Source of the DNA: Amoebidium appalachense | Taxonomy: Eukaryota; Protista; Ichthyosporea | Length of the DNA: 64,000 nt | Direction of reading: 5' to 3' | NCBI GenBank assembly: GCA_963693365.1 | Contig: CAVNZM010000011.1 | Location: forward strand, 558,001-622,000 | The notes under the pieces: model-generated | What the model was told of the DNA's origin: nothing | What the model saw: the letters and a program-made list of their open reading frames with translations, nothing else | Database searches by the model: none | Shown: in pieces, positions 40,250-60,962 of the stretch | Numbering within the stretch: the stretch's first letter is position 1 | Layout: every line of letters begins with the position of its first letter | Position numbers and translations under genes: made by a program

Positions 40250-43200
40250 TTTTCCTGAGGAAAAGGCCACACTCCCCCCCACTTCCCCCCCTTTCCCCTG
40301 CTTACCCAGGAAACCCCCAATTAATGTCCTGACGCTCTTCCCGCTCTTCGCCCAGGAAAACCCCATACTCATATCCCCCCCCCCTCCTTCAAACCCACCC
40401 ATCCTTCCCTACGACCTAAATTGGAAGCCAGCTAAGAAAGAACATGTAAAAGAGCACAAAACAGAAGGTTGCTCAGCACCCAACCTCCAACCTTCCACGT
40501 GCCTAAACCCTTTTGAGTGAACCAAACCTCATGTCTAGACAAGTGTTGCTCCATTGAAAGTGAAACTCAGGCTCTGTCTTCCACGTTCTGTGTCATCTGT
40601 TTTTGGTTCTTGGTGTGTCAATTGCCCGGGCACAAACTCATGAACCTCTCCCTGCCCCCACCTCCAGAACGTCACAGGCTCCATCCGTCCGGGCAAAATG
40701 ACAGCCCTGATGGGCCCTTCTGGTGCCGGAAAAGTATCCCTCCCTTCCCCCCCTCCCCCTCCCCCCTCCCTCTCCGGCCCCCCTTGCCCTCCCCTTCTGC
40801 ATTCCTAGCAAAGGTGCTGCATTTGTTTCGTATCTCGTTCTCTACGCACCCCCCTTCGCCACCCTCCCACCACAATCTCAATGCACCCCCTCCCCCCTCC
40901 TCCCCCCTCCCCCCTCCTCCTCCCCCCACCACCCACTACGGTAGGAACCACACACCCATTACTGTGTGTGGACAACAACCCCCCCCCCCCCCCCTCTCCC
41001 CCCCTCCTCTCCTTCTTCTCCTTGTGGGGCCGCAGCCGCTGCACCCACCCACCCAGCAATCCATGAGAAAAATTCCTAAAAAGGACAATATAATAAATGT
41101 CGAGACGAGAACATGTTTGAAATCAGACCAAGACAGAGCATGGTGCTAATTCACTCCACAGAGCACACTGCTGGATGTGCTGGCTGGGCGCAAGACCGAG
41201 GGGGTGATCGAGGGAGACCTGCTGTTCAACGGCAGAGAGAGAACTCGGGAGATGAAGCGCTGGTTTGGGTATGCCCCCCACCCCACATACTGGCATTTGC
41301 TTGAACCTGTTGGAATGACTTTTGCTTCCCTTTGACTATCCCCCCCCCCCCCCCCTCTTGTGGCCGTGAACAAAGCTCAAGTTAAAGGGCTCCCCCTTTT
41401 TACCATCCCCATGATTTCTGTCAGCCTTGGTGCTATGCGGGGACCAGAACAGGAATGGGAGTGGCTGTGGTGTGGTGTGAGGGCAGTGACGAGGCTCGTG
41501 GTGGTGGGTGCATGTTTTGGGCGAGGGGAGGGGAAGGGGGGGGGGGGGGGAAGAGAGATAGAGAGAATAAAGGACATTAGTGCACGAAGGACATTCCCCT
41601 TGGTGGCACCCACTCCAGAACTTACCCAACACCCAGGCCATGGCCACACACACAGCCCCAATGTTGGTCAGATGGGGCCATGTCCAGAGCTTACAATCAC
41701 ACCGTATTGCCTGCCTGTGCATAGTTTCCGCCACATAACGTGCACCACCACGGCAGATCACTGGGTCACTGACCACTACGATCCCCCCCCCGCCCCCCCA
41801 GGTATGTGGAGCAGAAGGACATCCTGATCAGCACGCTGACGGTTAAGGAGCTGCTGATGTTCACTGCCCGCCTGCGCATGCCAAAGAACAGGGCCGAGCT
41901 GGGCTCAAAGGGCGACCTGGAGGAGAAGGAACGCCGTGTACGTGCCTGCCTGTGCCTGCCTGTGTGCCTCTGTGTTTCCCCACGTGTAATGGCCACATGT
42001 CGGGTCTAAAGGGGGCTGTCTGGTGCATCGGTGTGTTGTGGTCGTGGTGATAACCCTATGTGTGCCCTTATTTACACAGCACAGTGCTTGACAAGTGGTG
42101 AGGGTGTGAAACAGGGCACTGGCTGGGGGTGGGCGGGTAGAGATTTCAGAGGGAAAACACCCGGGTAAGGGGGAAGGGGGGGGGGGGGGGGGGGGGGGGT
42201 GTGAGAAGAACACAGCCGTCTTGGTGTGTGTTGGGCAGGCTGGGGAGAAGTCTGCAGGTAGGGCGGGAGCAGGGCACTGAGTGGCTGGGCATGCAGGTGG
42301 ACGAGGTGATCAGGCTGCTGGGTCTGACTGGCTGCAAGGACGTGATCATTGGGGATGCAAGCAACAGGGGGGTGTCTGGGGGCCAGGCAAAGAGAGTCAA
42401 TGCCGCCATGGAGCTCATCACACGCCCCAGTAGGTGCCCTATACAGCACAATGCATGGCTAGTGGGTGGGTCTCTGACGGCTACTTGCAGGCATTCTGTT
42501 CCTGGACGAGCCTACGTCGGGTCTGGACTCGGCTACGTCCTTCGACTTTATGAAGGTGGGGTGGCAATGGTGTGCTTGTGGGAGCGGAAAACGAGCGGGG
42601 GGCAGGGGAGAGGGCGGAGTGGTTGGGTTTGAACGGAATGAATGGGAATGGGGAGGAATATGGGTGGAAAGAGGGCGAGGCATTATGACATCAAGGTACT
42701 TTGCAGTTGGGCGGGCTGTTTGGCGGTGTGGCTGTTGTCTGAGTGGCTATGTGCAGGTGATCAAGGACGTGGCCGACACGGGGGTGGGGATCATCTGCAC
42801 CATCCACCAGCCATCCTCGGACATCTACGCCCTGTTTGACAGGTATGCATACGTGACGTGAGGGTGCAGCCCTTAGCCCTGGTTGCATGCATGGGCACTG
42901 ACGGGTGTTGCAGGCTGCTGCTGCTGGTGTCCGGTGAGGTGGTGTACTTAGGGGAGGCAGACCAGGCCGTGGACTACTTCCAGGCCAAAGGCTTCCCATG
43001 TGCTGCAGACCTGAACCCGGCAGACTATCTCGGTATGCACCCAACTGTTGTGGCTATCTCGGCACCCCCCCCCTGTTCCTTGCCACATATATGCAACGGT
43101 TCCTCCGCTCCCCCCCCCCCCTCCCCCCTCCCCCTCCACCCCCCTCGACACCCGTCTTCTTCCCCCCCCACTCCCCCCTCCCCCCCCCACTTCTTGTGGA

Positions 43201-43279
43201 TATCTCGACCCCCCCCCCCCCCCCCCCCCCTCCACTTCTTGTGGACATCTCGACCACCACACTTGTTCTGGCTATCTCG

Positions 43280-43335
<56 letters not shown>

Positions 43336-43436
43336 AGTTGTTGCGGCTATCTCAACCCCTCCCCACCTTCCGTCCACTTGTGGCTATCCCCCCCACCCCC
43401 TGCCCCCCCACTTGTTGTGGCTTTCTCGACCCCCCC

Positions 43437-43488
<52 letters not shown>

Positions 43489-45072
43489 TTTTGTTTTGAC
43501 CATCTCGATCCCCTCTCCACCTTGTCGTCTGACCACTTCCTTGGCCCTGCTTCGGCATATCCCCCCCCCCCCCCCCCCCCCTGCTTCTCACCGTTTCCTT
43601 TCCACCGGCTATCCCCGCTGGTGCATTGCGTATGTTATTGTTCATTCCCGTTTCACGCAACATACGGCCTATGTCTAGTACACCATGCCCCCCTCACCAC
43701 TTTGTCTGACCGGCTGGTGGGTTGCAGTGGCCGTCACAGCCAAGCACAAACCCTTGATCGAGACACCAGAGACCAGGCAGTGGCCCACGGTATGGTCCCC
43801 AAGCAATGAACAAGTGCGACCGAATGAAAAAAAAAAAGGGGATCTAAGGACTAGAAGTTGAAACGATTGTACATGTAGATGACTAGGGCAATCGGGGGGA
43901 AGGGGGGGGGGGGGGGGAGGGGGGAGGGGGGAGGGGGTCCTTCCGGCCTGCTTCCCCCTCCCCTCGGGCCTCCCAGAAATAGGGGGGAAGGTGGTGGTGG
44001 TGGTGGTGGTGGTGGGGGGGGGGGGGGGGAGAAGAGGAGAGGGAGAAGGGGGGGGAGGGGGGGGAGGGGGGTGGAGAGTGAGAGAGTGACAAAGGGAGAC
44101 AGAAGGAGAGGGAGAGAGACAAAGGCAGATGCAGATATAGAGATCAGGGGAAAGGGGGGGGGGGGGGGGGGGGAGAAGGGGCAGGTCAATTTTTGTGATA
44201 GCGAAAAAGATCCCCGCGTCCGTCCCTCCCTCCCCAGTCCCTCTTTTCATGTCTACCGATGCTCGTTTGGAAGGCACAAACTCACAAACACCTGAGACCT
44301 ATGTTGTGTGTAAGCGCGCACGTTCTGGCATTTGTGCTTGTGTGTGTTTGTGTGTGTATGTGTGTGTGTGTGTGTGTGTGAAAAGTGTGCGTGTGCGTGT
44401 GTGTGTGTGCGTGCGTGCGTGTGCGTGTGCGTGTGCGTATTGTGCATGGCCCAGTACCAACATACCCCCCAGGTGCCGCAAGAGTTCTGGGCGGAGGAGT
44501 ACCGCAAGTCAGCCATTGCCGAGATGCGCAAGTTCAGCACAAAGTGGGTGGCCCCCATGCATGGCTGGCTGGGTGGGTGAGAGGGTGTCTTTAATGGTTA
44601 CTGACTGGGGACTGCAGGCGGATACGTGCAGACGGGGAGCAGCAGGAGCTAGGGTCCGAGGTCAAGCGCTATGCAAACAGCTTTGGATACAACACGGCAG
44701 TGCTGATAGCAAGGCAGGCTAGAAAGGCGGCAAGGGACCCGGGGTTCTTCTTCAAGCGGGTCGTCACCGTGCTGGTGTGTGCCTGTGGTTTGGATTCGAC
44801 TTTCGGGTTGATGCATGGAGACGTGCAGGCTCTATTGCACACGTATGCTCACCTAGGCACAACCCCGAATCTCTTGCAGTCTCGATCGCATGGGCACAGA
44901 CACAGACAAGCTCTTTGTCTCTCCTTCTCCCCCACACGTGAATGTAAATTGGGCCTCCCCTGAGGATGGGCTTTGCTTGTAAGTCATACTCCGTGTCTGC
45001 ATCGGTTTGCTCGTTGTGGATGTGCAATTCGTACATCTTAACACATCATCTACCCTCCCATTCCTCCCCGGT

Positions 45073-45107
<35 letters not shown>

Positions 45108-45972
45108 CTCTGATGTCTTCTCGAACTTGCACACACAAGAGATGCATGCATCGTGGTACTGTCCCCCCACACTGCCGTGCAACTCTATGCCTCCTCTGTG
45201 TGCCATGCTCTCTGTTCCACTAGGGTTGCAGTGCAGTAACCGTCTTTTACAGGTGACATCACTGATCTTCATGACGGTGTACGTCAACAGTGGGGTGGAC
45301 CAGCAGGACGTGCGCAACCGCCAGTCCCTCATCATGCTCACAGTCACATTCTTCTCCATCGGTGCAAACAGCTTGGTCGCCCCATGTACGTGCCTGTCCC
45401 TGTCTGCTTGCAGCCTATGGGTGCACGTGTGCTCATTGTGCCGCCTGCATGCATGCACCTGTGACCCACCATGCACCCGGCACATTTTCACGTGTGCTCA
45501 TTGTGCCGCCTGCATGCATGCACCTGTGACCCACCATGCACCCGGCACATTTTCCCACCCCCCACCGCATGCAGGCATACTGACTGTGGCGTGCAGTTGT
45601 GGAGGAGCGGCTGTTTGTTGCGCGAGAGCTCAATGCAGCCACATACCCGGTGGAGTCCTACTACTGCTCTGTGGTGCTGTTCGAGCTGCCCTACAACCTG
45701 CTCAAGGCCCTCATATGGTATGCATGCGTGCATGCATGTAGAGGATGGAGGCGATGGCCTTTTGCTTGGCTGGGAGTAGCCCCATGACATGGAGTAGTGT
45801 GTATGTTTGTGTGTGTGTGTGTGTAAGTGTCGAATCAAAGAGTCGATGGAATATGGTTTGGCGTTTTGGCATCCCCGTAAGAGCACCAGACGGGGAACTG
45901 TGTGTGGTTGTGGTGGGGAGTGCGGTCATGTGTGTGTGTGTGTCAGTGTGTACGTGTATGTGCGTGCGTGCT

Positions 45973-46040
<68 letters not shown>

Positions 46041-46452
46041 CGTGCGTGAGTTTGTGTGAGGAGAAGGGGGGGGGGGGGGGGGGGGGGGGGGGCATTGCAG
46101 GCAAGTGGTTTTTTTAGAAATGTGGGATGGGGCCATGCAGGGGCTGACACCTATTTGCAGGTCTGCGCTGCTCTACTACCCGTGCAACTTCTACGACCCC
46201 GTAGGCAACTTCTTCTTCTTCCTGCTGTGCACGTTCTTCCTGGTCGACATTGGCGTGGCCATGGCCCAGGTGAGTGCCTGCTGATGGCATGGGGGGTAGG
46301 CAAAAAGGGGCAGGGCCTTGTGTGTGCTGACCACATGGGCCCAGACGTTTGCATATGCATTCCCCACGGCCGAGATGGCCACCATGATGATGTCCAGTCT
46401 GCCCCTCATCTTCATCCTCTTCTCGGGCTTCTTCGTCCAGGTACACACCAAC

Positions 46453-46495
<43 letters not shown>

Positions 46496-47755
46496 ACACA
46501 TACACACACACCTCTTCCCACAGTGCTTCCTCTCACAGGACGCCAATGCGTGGGTAGTGTGAAACCCGGCGCTGTTGGCCATGTACACTCAACCCCCAAA
46601 CCCACGTCCCCAACCCACACACATACACGTTTGCCTCTCCATAAAACACACGTTAATTCCACACCTGGAGGCAGAAACAACACCCCCCCCCCCCCCCCCC
46701 CCCTTTCCCCCCCCCCTCCCCCTGCCCCCTGCCACCTGCCGCATACTATATTTACTCAGTACACACTGGTCGGTGTAGGCACCACGGCTATTCACGTGCA
46801 CACACACCTTCCATGCCACTTACACTGGTGGGGGTTCTTAGAAACCCAACATCCCGGACTACTGGATCTGGGCGTACTACATCTCGTACTGCAACTACGG
46901 GGTATCTGCGCTGCTGTTCAACGAGTTCTACAACGACAACAGGTACTGCTTCACATACACATACCAGGGCCAGCCCTTTGGGCCCTCGGACGAGATCACC
47001 TCCTTCTGCAACGGCACGGCCCTGGACTACAGCGCCATGGCCATCAACGGCACATACCAGGTGCGCCACTGGCCCTGCATGCACACACGCACACACGCAC
47101 AGGTGGAGGGTTTAACACATACCATTTCTGCATGCACCAGTATGCACAAGCATGCACACGCACATATGAACACACAGGCAGACTGATAAAAACACGGACA
47201 CTGATATATCCACACACCACGGACCCGCACGCACACAAACGTGCGCACCAACGCCTTTAAACGTGCTCACGTGTACGGGTGCCCCCCCCCTTCCCCCCCC
47301 CAACACACACATGCGTGTATGCGCCCGCCCGCCCATGCGCGCGCACACACACACAGGTGTCTGTGCCGGGCAACTACATCCTGAGCAACACATTTATGCT
47401 CCCCCTTGAAGGCTTCCAGTCGTCAGCATGGCAGGTGGGGACTCCCCCCCGAACCCCCCCCCCCCCCCCCCCCCCCTCCTCCTCTCCTCTGCCCCTCCCG
47501 ATATACATGCACGTAGGGACAGGGTGACACGTTACTCCCCCGTGTCTTGACAGAAGAATGGTACTGCACACACACAACACACACATGTGCGCACATGTAC
47601 ACGCACAAACACACACACATACGGACACTCACACACTGACAGAGCACTGATGGCCGTCTCTGCAGAACTTCGGCATGCTGGCGCTGACGTGGGTCGTCTT
47701 CCGCACATCGGCCTATCTGTGCATCAAGCTGGTCAAGCACGGCCGCGCAGACTAA
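39071..47755 (+). CDS. ABCG-family (White-like) half transporter, NBD-TMD, copy B
   Basis: Starts MSAVAPDYEMTPAGPDSA|QDRRVRFD...|PKSGVDMKVSITFEDLSY...|[22 protein letters not shown]|STLLDVLAGRKT. Also [50 protein letters not shown] and IPDYWIWAYYIS, ending IKLVKHGRAD* at 47755. Confidence 0.92.
39497..39707 (+). repeat. 110-bp-period tandem duplication in an ABCG-B intron
   Basis: AATGCACTCTCCTTTTTATGTCG...GCTTCGCTGGGGCTC is identical at 39497 and 39607. Confidence 0.93.
43045..43515 (+). repeat. Intronic minisatellite with core TTGTGGCTATCTCGA separated by poly-C spacers
   Basis: About 8 degenerate copies near 43047, 43195, 43238, 43265, 43338, 43378, 43413 and 43495. Confidence 0.75.
45424..45553 (+). 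repeat. 65-bp tandem duplication in an ABCG-B intron
   Basis: CACGTGTGCTCATTGTGCCGCC...CCCGGCACATTTT at 45424 and 45489. Confidence 0.92.
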
Positions 47756-48559
47756 TGCCATGTATAGCTGCAGTACATGTAGTAACAGTGGTCAATAATG
47801 GATGGCTGCTAGATGAGATGCCGGCTGCTCAATGGTTGTTGCCGAGATTGTAATGTGATGTTAAATAGATAATATTTATGGAAACCAATGCATACAAGTT
47901 TTAGATATATGGAACTTTGGAACCCCTGTTCAATTCAACACTTGTAAATACAACAGAATAAATTATCAATTACTTGCAGAACAACCGGCCCCCGGGGCAC
48001 CAACACCACCACCACCACCACCCCACTCCACTTCGGTTTGTGGATGTGGGGGTAAGAAAGGAGGGCAAGAAGAGGCATGCAGAGGGACGGAGTTGCCGGG
48101 GCAGTGTAGATTGCAAAGCAAGAAGGCTAATGCGTTTTTTACCGATTTACGTAAAAAATGGGCCAAGCACGTAACATGCTGTCTGTCATGATCATGCTCT
48201 CGTGTCTCACGGATCAGCAGGTGCCCATCTTGATCAAGGACTTGTGTCTCTATCAAACTTTTATTTGATTTTTGCAGGCACGAGGGCCTAATTGTAATTT
48301 GTTTATGATGCATACATAGCGGAGGAACCAAGTTAACATTCATATACACGTCTGCTGGGGCACTTTCAACACAGTTGGGGTTGGAACTCCCTTGACTTCA
48401 CCTCCCCTGCAAACCAATCAACTACAAATAAGGTCGCACTCAGTATGGCAGATGTCATACGAATCGGTACCAAAACACACGAGAGAATGCTTCATTACGA
48501 CCTAATGTTCAATTACATCTCATGCTTGGGTACACTCCATTCATGAAAGGAGACTCAGG

Positions 48560-56459
<7,900 letters not shown>

Positions 56460-56854
56460 GTCTGCTCCGCTCTTCCTTTCATAGTGTCCGTGAAGCACAA
56501 GCAACAACGAGTTTGCTGGTTCGCATGGAAAGGGTGTGTGTAATGTTTATGTGCGTGTGCGTGTCGTGTGCGTACACGCGTGTGTCCTTGCTATGTGTCT
56601 TTTTTATAATTTAACACATGATAGCTGAAACAAAAACTCGTGAAAAGCCGGGTAGCTAGAAGTGAGGATAATACCCATAGAGCCCCCTGTCTGTGCTAGC
56701 ATAAATGTGAACAGGACCTAATAGTCATTCGTAGCTAACCCGACACCTGGCTGCTGAAATTTCTACTGGCCTTCTGTCAAGGCCCCCTAATCTCCCACAG
56801 AGGCCTTGCCTTCAAGTTCGAAGGAGTCTCAAGAAGTTGAAGATTCAAGTTGCC

Positions 56855-56877
56855 GCGCCAAAATCGATCCAGCCAAT
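56855..56877 (-). promoter_or_regulatory. E2F-like site plus CCAAT box upstream of HROB
   Basis: The minus strand reads ATTGGCTGGATCG-ATTTTGGCGC, about 0.4 kb upstream of the proposed ATG. Confidence 0.45.
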
Positions 56878-57170
56878 CATCGCCTTGGCCGGGCCGCTAT
56901 GCCAGAATACCCCAACGGGTATCGTGCCGTACGGAATGTCACGTCACCGAATATGAGCGAGACTACAAAGAAAAATTGTAGGCGCCGGCTGTACCAATAC
57001 TACATAATACCGTAATATTACCACGAACCACCGATCAAGTCGGCGAAATATTGGTTTTATTACAGACATAACAAATCACTTCGATTCGCTAACTTTTCTT
57101 AGTGTTAATCATCAGCCACATGATTCGATATAAATCACGTCTAATAATGTCTGCAATCTTTCTTCAGGCC

Positions 57171-59341
57171 TAGCCCCAATGAAGCATGAGTAACAGAAAG
57201 TGTTACTCATCCATAAAGTGTTACTCATCCGCCTATCCCGGGAATTTTTGGGAAATGGCTCAATTAGGATGAGTAACTTTTTAGATTACTCATTACCCTC
57301 CATCAAAGAACCACGCTTTTGTACCATGAAAATGGTCGTATCGAGTTGAAATTTTCTATGAACAAAGCAAATATATTGTTTTACCAAGGCCTAGCAAGAA
57401 AACATGGTGCTTTATAGTACATTACTACACTGCGACACCAGGATCATCATCCGCCGGCGGCTTTTTGGCTGTTTTTGTTCAGCCCTGGACTGCGCCTGTG
57501 TGATGCGCTCAATTGATGCCGCCGCCGCCGCCCACATGTATCAAGATGCGAGATACTGGCAGCCGAATGCGGGGCTCCCGTCTGCTAAAAAGGGGCCAGA
57601 TCTAGAGGCCATGCCCCTCTCGCAAAAAACGTTTTTATGCATGTGTTTATGTTGAAGTGCGTGCTGTGTGTCACAGCGTGTGTGCGCGTGTGCGTGTGTG
57701 TGTATGTGTGTGTGTGTGTGTGTGTGTGTATGCGTGTCACAATAACAGTGCGTGCACGTGTAGTCTATTTAGATCTACGGTGTGGGTGGGTGGGCGGTGT
57801 GTATATGGGTGTATATCATGGTGTGTGTCTGGTGTGCACGTGTGTGTGTGCGTGCACGTGTGTGATTTAATTGCGTGTGTGCGTGTGTGTGTGTGTGCAC
57901 GTGTGTGTGCATCTTTGTGTGTGTGTGTGTGTGACTGTGTGTGTGTGTGTGCATTGTGTGTGTGTGCACGAGAAAGAGAGATTGAGAGTGGGTGTGTGGG
58001 TGTGTGTGTGTGTATGTGTTTGTGTTTCTGCCGGTGTGTCCTTTTTTTTTTGGGGGGGGGGGGGGGAGAGGGGGGGGGGGGAAGGGGGGGAGGAGGGGGG
58101 GGAAGGGTGTTGATAAACACTCTTCCCACGGCAACTTGGGACAGAAAGAGTTTCTTTGTAGATGGGTGGCCATATGGTTTTAGACACACGACCAAAACAA
58201 AAATTGCAGGGTGGGGGTTCCACCCTAGTGGTACCGTGTGTGCATGTTTCATCCACAACGCAGGCAGTCTCGGAGAAAAAGACATGGGTATGGTTGACTC
58301 CCCTACCTTGGGGGGAAATCACCATACGCCCATTTCCAGAAGGACACTGCACCACCTGCAAGCAATTGAAAACTGTCAGCATGTGTGTTTGTTTTGCACA
58401 TTCAGTGTGTGTGTGTGTGTTGAGTGTATGTACATGTGTGCAGCATGTGTATGTGTGTGTGTATGTGTGTGTGATTGTGCTTGTGCGGAGTGTGCGTGTG
58501 TGCACGTGTGTGGGTTGTGTGCTTGTCATTGTGTGTGTATGTGGGTGGGTTTGTGTGTGTATGTACACGTGTGCAGATGCTTTTGCCTATAAAGAACGTG
58601 CGCGTTATGTGCGTGCCAGCAGACAAGTGTGTGAGCAAGCTTTGCTTGCACGTGTTTATGACTTGTCAACATTCAAGTGTGTGCGTTTGTGTGCGCACGT
58701 GTGTGTTTGTGTGTGTGTGTTTGTGTTTGTGGGTGTGGGCGTGCGATGTGTGTCTGTGCTTTTCTTTTTGGTTTGTGGTGTTTGTGGTATTCTGTTGGTG
58801 CTTATGCTTGCCCATGTGTACGCGTGTCATGCACGTTTGTGTATGATTGTGCATGCGTGTGTGTATGAGTGTGCATGTGTGTGTGTCTGTGTGTGTCACG
58901 GTGTGTGTATGAGTGTGTGTGTGTGAACGAGCGTGTGCACGTGTGCGGATCTGGTTGCCTGCACGTGTGTGTATGTGTGCATGGTGTGCATGTGCACGTG
59001 TAAATGTTTGCCCATGTGCGCACGTTTCAGTCATGCACGTGTGTGTATGTGTGTGAAGGCGTGTGTGTCTCTTTGTGTGTGTATGCGTGCGTGTGTATGT
59101 GTGTGTGTAGTGCATGTGCACGTGTGAATGTTTGCCCATGTGCGCGCATTTCAGTCATGCACGTGTGTGTATGTGTGTCCAGGCGTGTGTGTCTCTTTGT
59201 GTGTGTATGTAACTGTGTGTGCGCGCGTGTGCACGTGTGCGGATCTGGGTGCCTGCACGTGCGTGTGTGTGTGCATGTGTTCATGTGTGCAAGTGCCACG
59301 TGTGCGTGTGCGTGTGTGTGTGGGTGTGTGGGTGTGTGTGT

Positions 59342-59387
<46 letters not shown>

Positions 59388-60634
59388 TGCGTCACGTGTG
59401 CAGGTATATGTGTAAGTGTGCTTGTGAGTGTGTTTGCGGGTGTCTGTACAAATCCGACGTTTCATGCAGGAAGGAAAACCCAAAACCGCAGAATTTCTAA
59501 CGCTTCATGGGGACACAAGCAATTACACACCTGAAATCCAAAAGAAGCGGCGGTGTTGGGTGTCACATTGACACAAGTCATGTTGCCAGCCTGATCGGAC
59601 ACATCTGAAGCAACCTGAGCTCGGAGAACAAAAAAGGCTCCCTGGTTCACATAAAAACGTGACACGAGCACACACAGGCAGGTAGATAATAAAACGACGG
59701 CATACATTGGCTTCTACTTAAACAGACTAAGCCTTGATGCTCATTGGACCAGGCATGTACCTGTGGTGCTGCAGAAGGTGCAGCCAGCAGCAGCACAAAG
59801 AGCACGAGCGAGAAGACCACGCCCAACGCCTTACGCGGTGTTCCTTTCAAAAAACCTCCCATTGCCCTTCTATTTGTATCCGCAGTACCGTAGGTCGACC
59901 ACTGGCACTATGCAAAAACAAAACGTTTTCTTCTTTTGCGCTCCGATGTCTGATCAGGCTCCAAACATCATGATCACGGAAACGGTATTTTTACCGCGCT
60001 TATGCTGTTCTTTGCCAGGTATTAGCGCTAAACCGGAAATTTCGATTCGCAAATCAAAGTACACTCAAATACATTTAAAATTTAAAGCCCCAACGAAATA
60101 TTGTTCGACACCATATTTACCTAAATTACAGATTTAATATAAACTAAACGATTCCCGATTTCGCTGACAGGATAACAATTACTATCTAGTTGCCGTGCGC
60201 CTGGAAGCGAATCCAATGCGTTATCTCTCATTCCATTGACCCAGGAGCCAATCCAATCGAGTTTTTGAAAGTGATTTGTGTCCACCTTCCCCCGCCCAAA
60301 AAACGTTACCGGTGACCACCCTCCCCCTTCCAACCCTGTGTGAAATGGGCACCGTATGCAGAATAGAAAGGGCCTCTGGCCCCAACTAATTGATGAGTAA
60401 CATTCTTGTGAGATGAGTAACTTTCTTCACACCTCGCTACCCCTTCACGATCGCTCATAAAACATCATAATAATAGAATTAAACACCCTAAAAAAATTAC
60501 ATGCGCGTATTTATCCTTATAAGAGGTAATTTTTTTACTAAATAATATAAGCCTTTGGATGCAAGCGGAAAAAATCTGAGCGCCGCAAACAGTGAGTAAC
60601 ATTAAATGTTACTCATTAAAAACCATGGGGGCTA
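57171..60634. mobile_element. Putative non-autonomous DNA transposon (TAG...CTA ends, Academ-like) with internal cargo gene
   Basis: Left end TAGCCCCAATG..ATGAGTAACAGAAAGTGTTACTCAT; right end (reverse complement) TAGCCCCCATG..ATGAGTAACATTTAATGTTACTCAC. Nine TGAGTAA/TTACTCA motifs cluster within ~250 bp of the ends. Flanking 3-mers are GCC and GAC. No transposase ORF seen. Confidence 0.55.
58130..59862 (-). CDS. Small secreted protein, possibly ricin-lectin-like; 3' end unresolved
   Basis: Phase-0 GT-AG exons 59862-59761 ([34 protein letters not shown], signal-peptide-like), 59641 or 59614-59531 ([28 protein letters not shown]) and 58355 onward ([17 protein letters not shown]...). Confidence 0.5.
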
Positions 60635-60930
60635 GACAAGTGATTGCAAGTTTGAAGATTTAGAGGCAGTCTACATTTAGAAATAATACATACCACATAC
60701 ATTATATCAATCATTTGCAGCTTTATTGTGACAGTCATAGTACATGCATGCAATGTGTATCAGAGCATGCACGCACATTCGCACGAATGTCTAATTAGAC
60801 ATATACATGCACATGCAGGCATGCAGTTCATATATATATAGCATAATAATGAAAAACCAGCCTTCAAATCATAACACAAATTGCATGCAAGCTTGTCATG
60901 ACATGTAGGACGACAGTGTGACAATGGTGC

Positions 60931-60962
<32 letters not shown>

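Noticed and set aside
43045-43515. Repeat-spacer pattern superficially like a CRISPR array
   Set aside because: Units are degenerate, spacers are poly-C rather than unique sequence, the context is a eukaryotic intron and there are no cas genes.
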